DNA of 64,000 nt from Acidimicrobiaceae bacterium (GCA_027314705.1 DAHVAJ010000109.1:45562-109561), one strand, 5' to 3'. Shown: positions 8,441-17,940, numbered from the stretch's first letter. Translations and numbers: made by a program. Notes: generated from the letters alone by a model not told the origin.

Positions 8441-9988
8441 GTGAGGTTGCGGGCCACCTACCGCCACCCGGGGTCCGCCCGCTACCGGGCCGCCGGCGGG
8501 CCGTGGGACGTCCCCACCCTCGACCGGCTCCTGGACGGGGCGCGCCGCCCGTCGGCCCCGGCGGTCATCGACGGGGAGGTCCGCCTCGACGGCGCCGCGC
8601 TCGAGCGGCTGGTCGCGGCCACCGCCGGCGGGCTGGCCGCCGCCGGCGTCGGCCGGGGCGACGTCGTGACCTGGCAGCTCCCCAACTGGTGGGAGGCCGT
8701 GGTCCTCTTCCACGCCTGCTGGCGGTGCGGGGCGGTGGCCGCTCCCGTCCACCACCAGGTGGGCGAGGCCGAGGTGGCCCGCATGGTCGAGGACCTGGCG
8801 CCGGCGCTCAGCCTGTCGACCGGTGACCTCCCCCTGGCCGGACTGGTCGACGCCGTGGGGGTCCGCACCGGCGACCCCCGGCTCGGGGCGCTCCTGGCGG
8901 GTCCCCCGGTGGCCCGTGGCCGTCCCCGCCCGTCGGACCTGGCCGTCGTCCTGTTCACCTCGGGGTCGACGGGGACGCCGAAGGCCGTGCTCCACACCCA
9001 CCGGGGCCTGGCCTACAAGGCCGGGGCCATGGTGCGGACCCACGGGCTGACCCCGGACGACGTGGCCCTCATGCCCTCGCCGCTGGCCCACGTGTCCGGG
9101 CTCCTCAACTCGGTGCTGGTGCCGGGCCGCGGCGGCTTCCCCGTCGTCCTCATGGAGAAGTGGGACGCCGAGCGGGGGGTCCGCCTCGCCGGCGAGCACC
9201 GGGTCTCCTACATGATCGGGCCGCCGACGCTCTTCCACGGGATGATGGACGTCCCCGGCTACCGCGACCGGGTGGGTGCCCTCCGGATCGTGTCCTGCGG
9301 GGCCACGGGCATCACGCCCGAGTTCGTCGACGCCGCCCGGGAGGGCCTCGGGGCCGTGGTCAAACGCACCTACGGGTCGACCGAGGCGCCGACCGTGACC
9401 ACCAGCAGCTGGCGGGACCCGCCCGGGCGGGGGCGCGACACCGACGGCCGGGCCGTCGAGGCGGCCGAGGTGCGGGTGGCCGAGCCCGGCACCACCCGTG
9501 CGGTGGCCGCCGGGACCCGGGGCGAGGTGCTCCTCCGGGGCCCGGAGCTCTTCGTGGGCTACGGCCGCCAGGCCCAGACCGACGAGGCCGTGCGCCGCGG
9601 GTGGTTCGCCACCGGGGACCTCGGGGTCCTCGACGACGAGGGGTGGCTGACCCTCGTCGGCCGGTTGAAGGAGCTCATCATCCGGGGTGGGGAGAACATC
9701 GCCTCGGCCGAGGTCGAGCGGATCCTCGAGCAGCACCCCGGCGTGCACCAGGCGGTCGTGGTCGGCTACCCCGACGACCGGCTCGGCGAGCGGGTGGCGG
9801 CCTTCGTGGTCGGGAGCGGCGCCGTCGACGTGGCCGAGTGCGGGCGGTGGTTCGCCGAGCGGGGCGCGGCCCGGTTCAAGACGCCCGAGCTCGTCGTGCA
9901 CGTCGACGAGCTGCCCCTGCTCGGTGTGGGCAAGCCCGACCGGGTCACCCTGCGCCGCCGGGCCGCCGAGGCGGCCGGGCGGGCCTGA
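8441..9988 (+). CDS. AMP-dependent acyl-CoA ligase
   Basis: 515-aa ORF with GTG start. Motifs: VLFTSGSTGTPKAV, YGSTEAP, GWFATGDLGVLDDEGWLTLVGRLKELIIRGGENI, GKPDR. Confidence 0.9.
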   Translation: MRLRATYRHPGSARYRAAGGPWDVPTLDRLLDGARRPSAPAVIDGEVRLDGAALERLVAATAGGLAAAGVGRGDVVTWQLPNWWEAVVLFHACWRCGAVAAPVHHQVGEAEVARMVEDLAPALSLSTGDLPLAGLVDAVGVRTGDPRLGALLAGPPVARGRPRPSDLAVVLFTSGSTGTPKAVLHTHRGLAYKAGAMVRTHGLTPDDVALMPSPLAHVSGLLNSVLVPGRGGFPVVLMEKWDAERGVRLAGEHRVSYMIGPPTLFHGMMDVPGYRDRVGALRIVSCGATGITPEFVDAAREGLGAVVKRTYGSTEAPTVTTSSWRDPPGRGRDTDGRAVEAAEVRVAEPGTTRAVAAGTRGEVLLRGPELFVGYGRQAQTDEAVRRGWFATGDLGVLDDEGWLTLVGRLKELIIRGGENIASAEVERILEQHPGVHQAVVVGYPDDRLGERVAAFVVGSGAVDVAECGRWFAERGAARFKTPELVVHVDELPLLGVGKPDRVTLRRRAAEAAGRA

Positions 9989-10005
9989 GGACGACCGGGG
10001 GTCGG

Positions 10006-10022
10006 GGGGCGGTCACCGCCCC
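10006..10022. terminator. Hairpin GGGGCGG-tca-CCGCCCC between convergent genes (ligase / crotonase)
   Basis: Perfect 7-bp stem with a 3-nt loop. It is preceded by a second small hairpin, CGACC-ggg-GGTCG. Confidence 0.45.
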
Positions 10023-10026
10023 GCCG

Positions 10027-10842
10027 TCAGCGGAGCCGCCAGTCGATGCGCCCGCCGGAGGTGAAGCGCTCCTGGCCGGCGGCCAGCTGCTCCGGATCCG
10101 TCCCGACGTTGGTGAACAGGAAGGCCAGGTCGAGCGCCTGGCGCCGCGACAGCTCGAGGCCCATCCACAGCGCCCGCACGGTGGCCCCGACGGCCAGCGC
10201 CGGCTGGTCGGCGATGACCTGGGCCGCCCACCGGGTCCGGTCGCGGAGCTCGTCGGCCGGGACCACCTCGGAGACCAGGCCCACCTGGTGGGCCCGTTCG
10301 GCCGACAGGCGTTCGTGGGCACCGAGCAGCGAGAGCCGCATGACCTCCTGGAAGGGCAGCTTCCGCAGGAGGAAGATGGGCTCGAAGGCGGCCGGCATGC
10401 CGTAGGTCACGTGGGGGTCGAAGAACGTGGCGTGCTCGGCGGCGATGATGAAGTCGACCTCGCCCAGGAGGTAGAAGGCGCCCCCGCAGGCCATGCCGTT
10501 CACGGCGGCGACGACCGGCTTCCAGAGGTCGTTCGACTTGGGACAGACGCTCTTGCCGGGGTCGTCGAAGTCCCACGGGGTGTTGTAGCCCGGGAGGGCG
10601 CCCGGGGGGAGGTCCTCGAAGGACCCGATGCCCTCGCGGTCGAGGCCGGTGCAGAAGGCCCGGTCGCCGGCCCCGGTGAGCACGACGCACCGTACGTCGT
10701 CGTTGGTGCGCAGTCCGGACCACAGGGCGCGGAGCTCGCGTTGCATGGTGGTGTCGAAGGCGTTGAGGGCCTCGGGCCGGTTGAGCGTGACCCAGGCCAC
10801 GCCGTCGGACTCGTCGTAGAGCAGCGTCTCGAGTTCGGGCAT
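10027..10842 (-). CDS. Enoyl-CoA hydratase (crotonase family)
   Basis: Starts MPELETLLYDESDGVAWVTLNRPEALNAF at ATG 10840-10842. Also LTGAGDRAFCTGLD and AAVNGMACGGAFYLL. The upstream part of ORF 10027..11070 is antisense to the amine oxidase 3' end. Confidence 0.9.
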   Translation of the reverse strand: MPELETLLYDESDGVAWVTLNRPEALNAFDTTMQRELRALWSGLRTNDDVRCVVLTGAGDRAFCTGLDREGIGSFEDLPPGALPGYNTPWDFDDPGKSVCPKSNDLWKPVVAAVNGMACGGAFYLLGEVDFIIAAEHATFFDPHVTYGMPAAFEPIFLLRKLPFQEVMRLSLLGAHERLSAERAHQVGLVSEVVPADELRDRTRWAAQVIADQPALAVGATVRALWMGLELSRRQALDLAFLFTNVGTDPEQLAAGQERFTSGGRIDWRLR

Positions 10843-10874
10843 CGGCCGAGCGTACTCCCGGGCCCCGGGGCCGG

Positions 10875-12782
10875 TCAGTGGCAGTGCCCGGGAGGCGGGG
10901 GCAGGTCGAGGGCCGGGTTCCGGTCGAAGAAGCCCGCGGCCACCAGGTGGAACCCGCAGGTCTCGACGGGCATCACCGGCCAGTCCTCCGGGCGCGGCGA
11001 GTGGGTGACGCCGAAGGTGTGCCAGGCCACCAGCTCGGTGCCCACGAGGGACCGGTCGGCCGCCGTCCACGCCGGGAGACCGTCACCACCGGGGTGCTGG
11101 TTCGGGTAGTCGCCGGCCGGTCGCCGCTCCCCGGGCGTGGCCGGTGTCACCCAGAGGTTGTGCCGGGCGAAGCCGGCGCGCCGCCCCACGCTCGAGTCGG
11201 GCTGGGCCAGCAGGGTGGGCGTCGGGCCGGGCACCAGCTTGTAGGCCACCGGCCGTCCCAGGCCGTTCGTGCGCTCCGGGTTGACGAAGCGCCAGTGGCG
11301 GCTGCGGGCCGGGTCGACGTCCCGGCGGGCGGCCTGCTCGGTGTCGAGCCGCACCGACCGCTGGCCCATGGCGTTGCCCCAGGGGTTGTCCGGACCGGAG
11401 GGGACGGGCTCGAAGGACACCTCGTGGACCTCGTTGACCGGTCCGTCGACCGAGAGGTCGAGCCGGGCGCAGAAGAGATGCTGGTGGAACGGGGCGGCCA
11501 GGCCCGGGGCGATGACGGCGCCCCACGGCGTGGTGCCACCCTCGGGGAGGGCCTGGGTGGACAGGATCCCGGTCAGCTTGACCTCGAGCTGGATGGTGCC
11601 GTCGAGGTAGAAGTACCAGTAGAAGCCGTACTCGTAGTTGCCCACCGTGGCGATGGCGGAGACGACCAGCCGGCGGGAGCGGCGGACCTCGGTGTGGCCG
11701 GTCTGGAGGTCCTGGTGCTTCCAGAGGATGCCGACGTCCTCCTCGTGGATGCAGACGGCGTTCTCCACCACGTACGGCGTGCCGTGCTCGCTGGCGAAGG
11801 TGGCGTCGAGGTAGGTGATGACGCCGAGGCAGTCGCAGCCCAGGGTGAGGGAGTTGGTCATGCGCCCGAGGCCCCACTCCCCGCAGTCGAAGGCGTTCTT
11901 CCAGCCGTGCATGGGGCCGGGGTCACCGTAGGGGACGACCATCTCGCTCACCGAGGCCCGGAAGAGGACCGGACGGACCCCGCCCCCGTCGTCGTAGCCC
12001 ACGGTGTGCAGGACCAGGCCCTCCAGGGGGTCCATCGACACCCGGAGGGACCACCCCTGCCAGGAGAGGAGGTTGCCCTCCAGGGCGAAGCTCACCCCCT
12101 CGGGCTGGGCGATCTCGAGCGGCCGGAGGCCGTCCCGCAGCGGAGCGTGGTCCTCGGGCCGGTAGCCGCCGCGCCCGGGAGGCAGCGGGACGACGCCGAG
12201 ATCGACCACGTCGAGCACCTCCCCCCGGGCCCCGTCCACCGTGGCCAGCAGGCCCTCGAGGGGCCGGGCGTACCCGTTGTCCGACGGGTGCTCCCGGAAG
12301 TAGGCCAGGCACCGGGCGATGCGTCGGCCCTCCTCCAGCGGGTTGTCGAAGTGTCCGGTGGGCCACGGGTCGATCTGGACCTGGTCCATGTCGGTGACGC
12401 CCCGGCGGAGCAGGGCCGCCCGCCAGGCGGGGTCCTCGCGCAGGGCCAGGATGCAGCGGTAGGCATCGTCGAGGAGGAGGGCCGGCCGGACCCCGTCCCG
12501 CACGGTCCACTCGACCACCTCGCCCCGGCCGACGGCCACCACCGCCTCCACCACGGCCGCGCCCGGTCCGGGGACGACCACCAGGCGGACCCGCCGGTCG
12601 ACCGGGTCTCCCGGCCGGTGGTCGGCGACCTGGCGCCGGTCCGGCTCGTCGAGGGTGATGGTCGAGAAGAGGGCCGTGTCGGGCAGCCGCCCGCCGGCGC
12701 GCACGGCGTCCACGGCGACCCGGATCTCCTCGGCGGTGACCGGATCGAGCGGGTGGGCCGTCGGGGCGGGTGGGTCGGCCAT
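10875..12782 (-). CDS. Copper-containing primary amine oxidase (TPQ cofactor), no signal peptide
   Basis: C-terminal 635 aa of ORF 10875..13628. TPQ consensus TVGNYEYGFYWYF; Cu ligands APFHQHLF and WHTFGVTHSPRPEDWPVMP. GGGAGGA lies 8 nt upstream of ATG 12780-12782 (MADPPAPTAHPLDPVTAEEI). Confidence 0.92.
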   Translation of the reverse strand: MADPPAPTAHPLDPVTAEEIRVAVDAVRAGGRLPDTALFSTITLDEPDRRQVADHRPGDPVDRRVRLVVVPGPGAAVVEAVVAVGRGEVVEWTVRDGVRPALLLDDAYRCILALREDPAWRAALLRRGVTDMDQVQIDPWPTGHFDNPLEEGRRIARCLAYFREHPSDNGYARPLEGLLATVDGARGEVLDVVDLGVVPLPPGRGGYRPEDHAPLRDGLRPLEIAQPEGVSFALEGNLLSWQGWSLRVSMDPLEGLVLHTVGYDDGGGVRPVLFRASVSEMVVPYGDPGPMHGWKNAFDCGEWGLGRMTNSLTLGCDCLGVITYLDATFASEHGTPYVVENAVCIHEEDVGILWKHQDLQTGHTEVRRSRRLVVSAIATVGNYEYGFYWYFYLDGTIQLEVKLTGILSTQALPEGGTTPWGAVIAPGLAAPFHQHLFCARLDLSVDGPVNEVHEVSFEPVPSGPDNPWGNAMGQRSVRLDTEQAARRDVDPARSRHWRFVNPERTNGLGRPVAYKLVPGPTPTLLAQPDSSVGRRAGFARHNLWVTPATPGERRPAGDYPNQHPGGDGLPAWTAADRSLVGTELVAWHTFGVTHSPRPEDWPVMPVETCGFHLVAAGFFDRNPALDLPPPPGHCH

Positions 12783-12957
12783 GGGGTGCGTCCTCCCGGC
12801 GTCGTGGGTCCGGTGGTCGCCAGCGCGCGGTCCGCGTCCGGCCGACCGGTGCACCCTATCCCCCGGGCCCCGGTCGGGGCCGGCCCGGCCGGGTAGTCTC
12901 GGGCCCGGCCAACGGGCCTCGCCGGCGGCCGGCGGGTCGGAGCGAGGGAGCGTCGGG

Positions 12958-13176
12958 ATGCGGGTGCGGGTCGACCGGGAGCGGTGCATCGGTTCGGGCA
13001 ACTGCGCGTTCTGGGCGCCGGCCACCTTCCACCTCGACGACGAGGGCCTCTCGGTGGTGCTCGGCCCGCCGGGTGACCCCGCCCCCACCCTCGCCGTGGC
13101 CGTCGAGGGCTGCCCGGCCCGGGCCATCTCCCTGGAGCAGGGCCCGGCCCCGGCCGCCCCGGGCACGGTGGCCTGA
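12958..13176 (+). CDS. Small ferredoxin (3Fe-4S/4Fe-4S single-cluster type, P450-partner-like)
   Basis: 72 aa: MRVRVDRERCIGSGNCAFWAPATFHLDDEG...VEGCPARAISLE (CxxGxC...CP pattern). GAGGGAG lies upstream of ATG 12958. Confidence 0.8.
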   Translation: MRVRVDRERCIGSGNCAFWAPATFHLDDEGLSVVLGPPGDPAPTLAVAVEGCPARAISLEQGPAPAAPGTVA

Positions 13177-13195
13177 ACGGGGGGCGGACGGCACC

Positions 13196-15409
13196 GTGCC
13201 CCTCGCCCTGACCGACGAGCACGAGGCGCTCCGGGTCTCGACGCGCCGATGGCTGGCTGCCCACTGCCCGCCGGCGCTGCCCCGGGCGGTCGTCGACGGT
13301 GCGCCCGGAACGGCCTCCTGGCGCGGCGCCTGGGAGGGCGTCGCCGCCCGGGGCTGGGCCGGTCTGCACCTGCCCGAGGGTCACGGGGGGCAGGGGTTCG
13401 GCCTCCTGGAACTGGCCGTGGTCCTCGAGGAGACGGGCCGGTCGCTGCTCCCCGGGCCGTTGCTCCCCACGGTCGTGGTGGCCGCCCTGGTGGCCGAGGC
13501 CGCCGCGCCGGAGGCGGCGGCCCGGCTCCTCCCGGGGCTGGCGGACGGGGTGACGACGGCCGCCCTCGCCGTGGGGCCGGCCCGGCTGGAGGCGGCGGAC
13601 GGACCGGGTCCCGTGTCGGGCACGGCACGCCCCCTGCTCGGCCCGTCCACGGCGGGCGTGGTCCTCGTCCCGGTGACCGGATCCGACGGCGCCGACCGCT
13701 GGTGCCTGCTCGAGCCCGGCCCCGGCCGGCCCGGCCTGCGCCTCGAGGACCTGCCCGGCCTCGACGCCACCCGCCCGCTGACCGGGCTCACGGCCGAGGA
13801 GGTCGCCGTGGGCGAGGACGCCTGGCTCACCGCCCTCACGACGGGTCGCGTCCGCCAGGTGTTCCTGGCCCTCCTGGGCGCCGAGCACGTCGGCGGGGCC
13901 CGCTGGTGCCTCGAGACGGCCACCGAGCACGCCAAGGTGCGGGTCCAGTTCGGCCGGCCCATCGGCCAGTTCCAGGCCGTGAAGCACCGGCTGGCCGACA
14001 TGGCCGTCCGGGTCGAGCAGATGACGGCGGTGGCCTGGGACGCGGCCGTGGCCGTGGACGCGGGGGGCGACGACGGCGCCGACCTGGCTGCGGCCACCGC
14101 CGGCGCGCTGTGCGTGGACGGGTTCGCCCGATCGGCCAAGGAGTGCCTCCAGCTCCTCGGGGGCATCGGCTTCACGTGGGAGCACGACCTCCACCTCTAT
14201 CTGAAGCGGGCGCTGGCCGACCGCCAGCTCGCCGGAGACGCCGACGGGTGCTGCCGCCGGATCGCCGGGCTCGCCCTCTCGGGTGCCCGACGGCCCCTCG
14301 GCACCGACCTCCCGGCCGAGGCCGACCAGTGGCGTCGGCGGCTCACCCCCGTGGTCGCCGAGGTCCACCGGGCCGCCCCGGGGGAGCGGCGGGCCCGCAT
14401 GGTGGCGTCCGGGCTCGTGGCGCCCCACTGGCCGAGGCCGTGGGGGCGGGACGCCGGTGCGGTGGAACAGGTGGTCCTGGACGGCCTCCTGGCCGATGCC
14501 GGGATCGAGCGCCCCCACCTGTTGGTCGGGGCCTGGGCGTTGCCGCCGATCATCGCCCACGGCACCGAGGCCCAGTGCGAGCGATGGGTCCGGCCGACGC
14601 TCCTCGGCGAGCTCACCTGGTGCCAGCTCTTCTCGGAGCCGGGTGCCGGCTCCGACCTGGCCAGCCTGACCACGCGCGCCGACCGGGTCGACGGCGGATG
14701 GGCCCTCACCGGCCAGAAGGTGTGGACGTCCATGGCCCACGTGGCCGACTGGGGCATCTGCCTGGTCCGCACCGACCCCTCCGCCCCCAAGCACGACGGC
14801 ATCACCTACGTCGTGGTCGACATGCGCGCCCCCGGCATCGAGGTCCGGCCGCTTCGCGAGCTGACCGGGGCCGCCCTGTTCAACGAGGTCTTCTTGGACG
14901 GCGTGCTCGTCCCCGACGACCAGGTGATCGGCGAGGTGGACCGGGGGTGGCCCCTGGCCCGGATGACCCTGGCCAACGAGCGGGTCTCGATCTCGTCGGG
15001 GGCCACCTTCGGGGTGGGCGTGGAGGCCGTCCTGCGGCTGGCGGCCCGCGGCGAGGGGCCGCTCGCCCCCGAGCTCGAGGTCCGGCTGGGAGCCCTGCTG
15101 GCCGAGGCCCAGTCGCTCCGGCTCATGGCCCACCGGTCCGCCCTGCGCTCGCTGGCCGGAGCCGACCCCGGGCCCGGGTCCAGCATGGGCAAGCTGCTCG
15201 GTGCCGAGCACGAGCAGCGGGTCCAGGAGCTCGGCCTCGCCCTCCTCGGCCCCGACGGGGCCACCACCGACGGCCCGGCCGGTCGGTGGACCCAGGCGGT
15301 GCTGGCCACCCGGTGCCTGACCATCGCCGGGGGGACCAGCGAGGTGCAGCGCAACGTCATCGGCGAACGCATCCTCGGCCTGCCCCGGGACCCCGAGCCC
15401 GGCGCCTGA
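13196..15409 (+). CDS. Fused double acyl-CoA dehydrogenase (beta-like N-half + alpha-like C-half)
   Basis: 737 aa from GTG 13196 (VPLALTDEHEAL). N-half: FGRPIGQFQAVKHRLADM, LGGIGFTWEHDLHLYLKRA. C-half: WCQLFSEPGAGSDLASL, GQKVWTSMAH, IAGGTSEVQRNVIGERILGLP. Confidence 0.9.
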   Translation: MPLALTDEHEALRVSTRRWLAAHCPPALPRAVVDGAPGTASWRGAWEGVAARGWAGLHLPEGHGGQGFGLLELAVVLEETGRSLLPGPLLPTVVVAALVAEAAAPEAAARLLPGLADGVTTAALAVGPARLEAADGPGPVSGTARPLLGPSTAGVVLVPVTGSDGADRWCLLEPGPGRPGLRLEDLPGLDATRPLTGLTAEEVAVGEDAWLTALTTGRVRQVFLALLGAEHVGGARWCLETATEHAKVRVQFGRPIGQFQAVKHRLADMAVRVEQMTAVAWDAAVAVDAGGDDGADLAAATAGALCVDGFARSAKECLQLLGGIGFTWEHDLHLYLKRALADRQLAGDADGCCRRIAGLALSGARRPLGTDLPAEADQWRRRLTPVVAEVHRAAPGERRARMVASGLVAPHWPRPWGRDAGAVEQVVLDGLLADAGIERPHLLVGAWALPPIIAHGTEAQCERWVRPTLLGELTWCQLFSEPGAGSDLASLTTRADRVDGGWALTGQKVWTSMAHVADWGICLVRTDPSAPKHDGITYVVVDMRAPGIEVRPLRELTGAALFNEVFLDGVLVPDDQVIGEVDRGWPLARMTLANERVSISSGATFGVGVEAVLRLAARGEGPLAPELEVRLGALLAEAQSLRLMAHRSALRSLAGADPGPGSSMGKLLGAEHEQRVQELGLALLGPDGATTDGPAGRWTQAVLATRCLTIAGGTSEVQRNVIGERILGLPRDPEPGA

Positions 15410-15424
15410 CCGCCCCCGGGGCGG
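15410..15424 (+). terminator. Hairpin CCGCCCC-c-GGGGCGG directly after the fused ACAD stop
   Basis: 15-nt odd palindrome starting 1 nt after TGA 15407-15409. The real loop must open 1-2 of the inner pairs. Confidence 0.35.
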
Positions 15425-15578
15425 TGGTGCGGTCCGGGACCCGACGCTAGGGTGGCGCCGGCGCCGACCCGGAGGGGCGGCCACGGGGGCGAGGAGGCGC
15501 GGTGGGCACGGCCACTTCCGTGGGAGGCGGGCCCAGGACGGTCCGGCCCGGCGACGTCGTGGCGGACACGGCCCGGCC

Positions 15579-16352
15579 GTGAGCGCGTCCGGGGGCCCGG
15601 CCGCCGGGCGGTTCGACCTCGGCGGGAAGGTCGCCCTGGTGACCGGGGGCAGCCGGGGCCTGGGTCGCGAGATGGTCCTGGGCCTGGCCGAAGCCGGGGC
15701 CGACGTGGTCGTGGTCAGCCGCAAGCTCGCGGCCTGCGAGGAGGTGGCCGCCCAGGTCGAGGCGCTCGGGCGCCGAGCCCTCGCCGTGTCGGCCAACGTG
15801 AGCCGCTGGGACGAGCTCGACGGACTCGTGGCCGCCGCCTACGACCACTTCGGGCGGGTCGACGTCCTGGTCAACAACGCCGGAATGTCCCTGCTCTACG
15901 GGGACCTGGCCGAGGTGGACGAGGCCATGTGGGACAAGGTCGTGGGTCTCAACCTGAAGGGCCCGTTCCGGCTGACCGCACTGGTCGGCCGGCGCATGGT
16001 GGCGGGCGGCGGCGGCTCGATCGTCAACGTCTCGAGCACCGGCTCGATCCGGCCCATGCCCTTCATGCTTCCCTACGACGCGGCCAAGGCCGGCCTCAAC
16101 GCCCTGACCGTCGGCTTCGCCCACGCCTACGGTCCCACCGTCCGGGTCAACTGCATCATGGCCGGCCCGTTCCTCACCGACGTGAGCCGTGCCTGGGACC
16201 TCGAGGCGTTCGAGCGGGAGGCCCGCCACCGCCACGCGCTCGGACGGGGGGGACGGCCCGAGGAGATCGTCGGCGCCGCCCTCTACTTCGCCTCGGACGC
16301 CTCGAGCTACACCACCGGTGCCGTGCTGCGGGTCGACGGGGGCATCCCCTGA
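15579..16352 (+). CDS. Short-chain dehydrogenase/reductase (FabG-like)
   Basis: 257 aa with GTG start. Motifs: GKVALVTGGSRGLG, NNAG, catalytic YDAAKAG, C-terminal TGAVLRVDGG. Confidence 0.9.
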   Translation: MSASGGPAAGRFDLGGKVALVTGGSRGLGREMVLGLAEAGADVVVVSRKLAACEEVAAQVEALGRRALAVSANVSRWDELDGLVAAAYDHFGRVDVLVNNAGMSLLYGDLAEVDEAMWDKVVGLNLKGPFRLTALVGRRMVAGGGGSIVNVSSTGSIRPMPFMLPYDAAKAGLNALTVGFAHAYGPTVRVNCIMAGPFLTDVSRAWDLEAFEREARHRHALGRGGRPEEIVGAALYFASDASSYTTGAVLRVDGGIP

Positions 16353-16377
16353 CGGCCCGGCCGCCGGCGGACGGGGT

Positions 16378-16782
16378 TCACGGATCGGCGGGGTCCGGCC
16401 CGGCCCGGGTGGCCGGGTCCTGCTGGAGCTCGACGGTGTTGCCGGCCGGATCCACGATCCAGATCTGGGCGGTCGGGCCCTGGGCCCCCCGGACGCAGGG
16501 CACGCCGGCCGCCTCGAGTTCGGCCGCGGCGCGGTCGATGTCGTCGACGGCCAGGCACACGTGGGGAGCGGTGGGCCGGATGCCGGTCGGGCCGGGGTCG
16601 GCGTCGACCAGGTGGAGCTGTTCACCGCCGACCCCGAACCAGTGGCCGCCGACGCCGGGGATCTCGGGCCGGGCGTCGTCGGCCAACCCGAGGACCTCCC
16701 GGTAGAAGGCCACGCAGGGCTGGAGCCGGCCGGTGACGTTGCTGGCGTGGTGGAGGACCCTGGTGACCCTCATGGCGGCCAT
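16378..16782 (-). CDS. VOC / glyoxalase-bleomycin-resistance family protein
   Basis: MAAMRVTRVLHHASNVTGRLQPCVAFYREVLGL...HVCLAVDDIDRAAAELEAAGV...IWIVDPAGNTVEL. The alternative ATG at 16771-16773 would overlap the upstream stop as ATGA. Confidence 0.8.
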   Translation of the reverse strand: MAAMRVTRVLHHASNVTGRLQPCVAFYREVLGLADDARPEIPGVGGHWFGVGGEQLHLVDADPGPTGIRPTAPHVCLAVDDIDRAAAELEAAGVPCVRGAQGPTAQIWIVDPAGNTVELQQDPATRAGPDPADP

Positions 16783-17882
16783 CCCTCGGGGACCACGGCA
16801 CCCGACACGGTGCGCGGGTCGACCGGCAGGCGGGTGGTCCCGGCCTGGTAGACGGCGAAGCACAGCTGGAGGGCCTTGACGGCGTCCGCGGCGCTCATCC
16901 CCGGCGTCGAACCCTCGACCAGGGCGTCGACGAAGTGGGTCGACGCCCGCCGGAACCCCGACGCCCAGTCGTCGTCGACGTGGGGGAACGAGGTGGTGGT
17001 CTGGGCGCCCCGGCCCCCCTGGTAGAGCACGACGGCCGGCAGGTCGAGGAGCTGGCCCGTGCACCGGGTCACCCACAGGAAGCCCTCGTCCCCCTGGACC
17101 TCGAAGAATTCGTCGGCCCCGTAGTAGTCGCTCCGGATCCACATGTCCGGGGCGTAGGAGACCTCCATGGTCCCGAGGAGCCCCGGGTCCTCGTACTCGA
17201 AGACGGCGGCACACGGCTCGAAGAAGGCGTCGCGGCGGCGCACCACGGCCTGGACCGAGACGACGTCCTGGTCGAGGAGCCAGAGGGCCACGGCGTACTT
17301 GTGGATCATGTCGTCGAAGAGGTGGCCGCCGGGGCTCTGGTGGTTGAGGCGCCACACGTACCCGTCGGTCGTGAGTCCGGCCTGGAAGGCCGACTCGGTC
17401 TGGCCGACGACCGTCCGCAGCCGCAGGTGGGTCGGGCGCCCGATGGCGCCCTCGGCCACCAGCCGCTTGGCCGTCTCCAGCGGCGGGTAGTGGCGGAAGC
17501 ACTCGCTCACCCGCAGGACCACGCCGGCCTCCTCCGCCGCCCGGGCCATGGCGCGGGCGTCGTCGACCGAGTTGGCCAGGGGCTTCTGGCACGAGACGTG
17601 CTTGCCTGCGGCCACGGCGGCCAGGACGTGGTCGTGGTGGAGGTGGGTCGGGGTGAGGATCTCGAGGGCGTCGATCGACGGGTCGGCCAGCAGGTCCTCC
17701 ACGTGGGTGGTCGACCGGGGGACGCCCCAGGCCGACGCGGCGCGGGCGGCACGGTCCTCGAACTCGTCGCACACCGCCACCACCTCGCACCTCGGGTCCT
17801 CGAGGTAGCCGACCACGTTGAGGGAGGCGATGTTGCCGGCGCCGACGATGCCGATGCGGGGACTCGGGATCGGGGTGGGCAC
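16770..17882 (-). CDS. Gfo/Idh/MocA family NAD(P)-dependent oxidoreductase
   Basis: 370 aa with RIGIVGAGNIA Rossmann N-terminus, ILTPTHLHHDH and KHVSCQKPLA. Confidence 0.88.
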   Translation of the reverse strand: MPTPIPSPRIGIVGAGNIASLNVVGYLEDPRCEVVAVCDEFEDRAARAASAWGVPRSTTHVEDLLADPSIDALEILTPTHLHHDHVLAAVAAGKHVSCQKPLANSVDDARAMARAAEEAGVVLRVSECFRHYPPLETAKRLVAEGAIGRPTHLRLRTVVGQTESAFQAGLTTDGYVWRLNHQSPGGHLFDDMIHKYAVALWLLDQDVVSVQAVVRRRDAFFEPCAAVFEYEDPGLLGTMEVSYAPDMWIRSDYYGADEFFEVQGDEGFLWVTRCTGQLLDLPAVVLYQGGRGAQTTTSFPHVDDDWASGFRRASTHFVDALVEGSTPGMSAADAVKALQLCFAVYQAGTTRLPVDPRTVSGAVVPEGWPP

Positions 17883-17940
17883 GACGGTCAGCTCCGTTCG
17901 GTGGGATCGTCGGCCCCGGCGGGAACGCCGGAGCCCGGGC

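Noticed and set aside
12092-15796. 1234-aa minus-strand ORF
   Set aside because: Antisense to the ferredoxin, fused ACAD and SDR genes. It has R/P/G-rich composition and no domain motifs.
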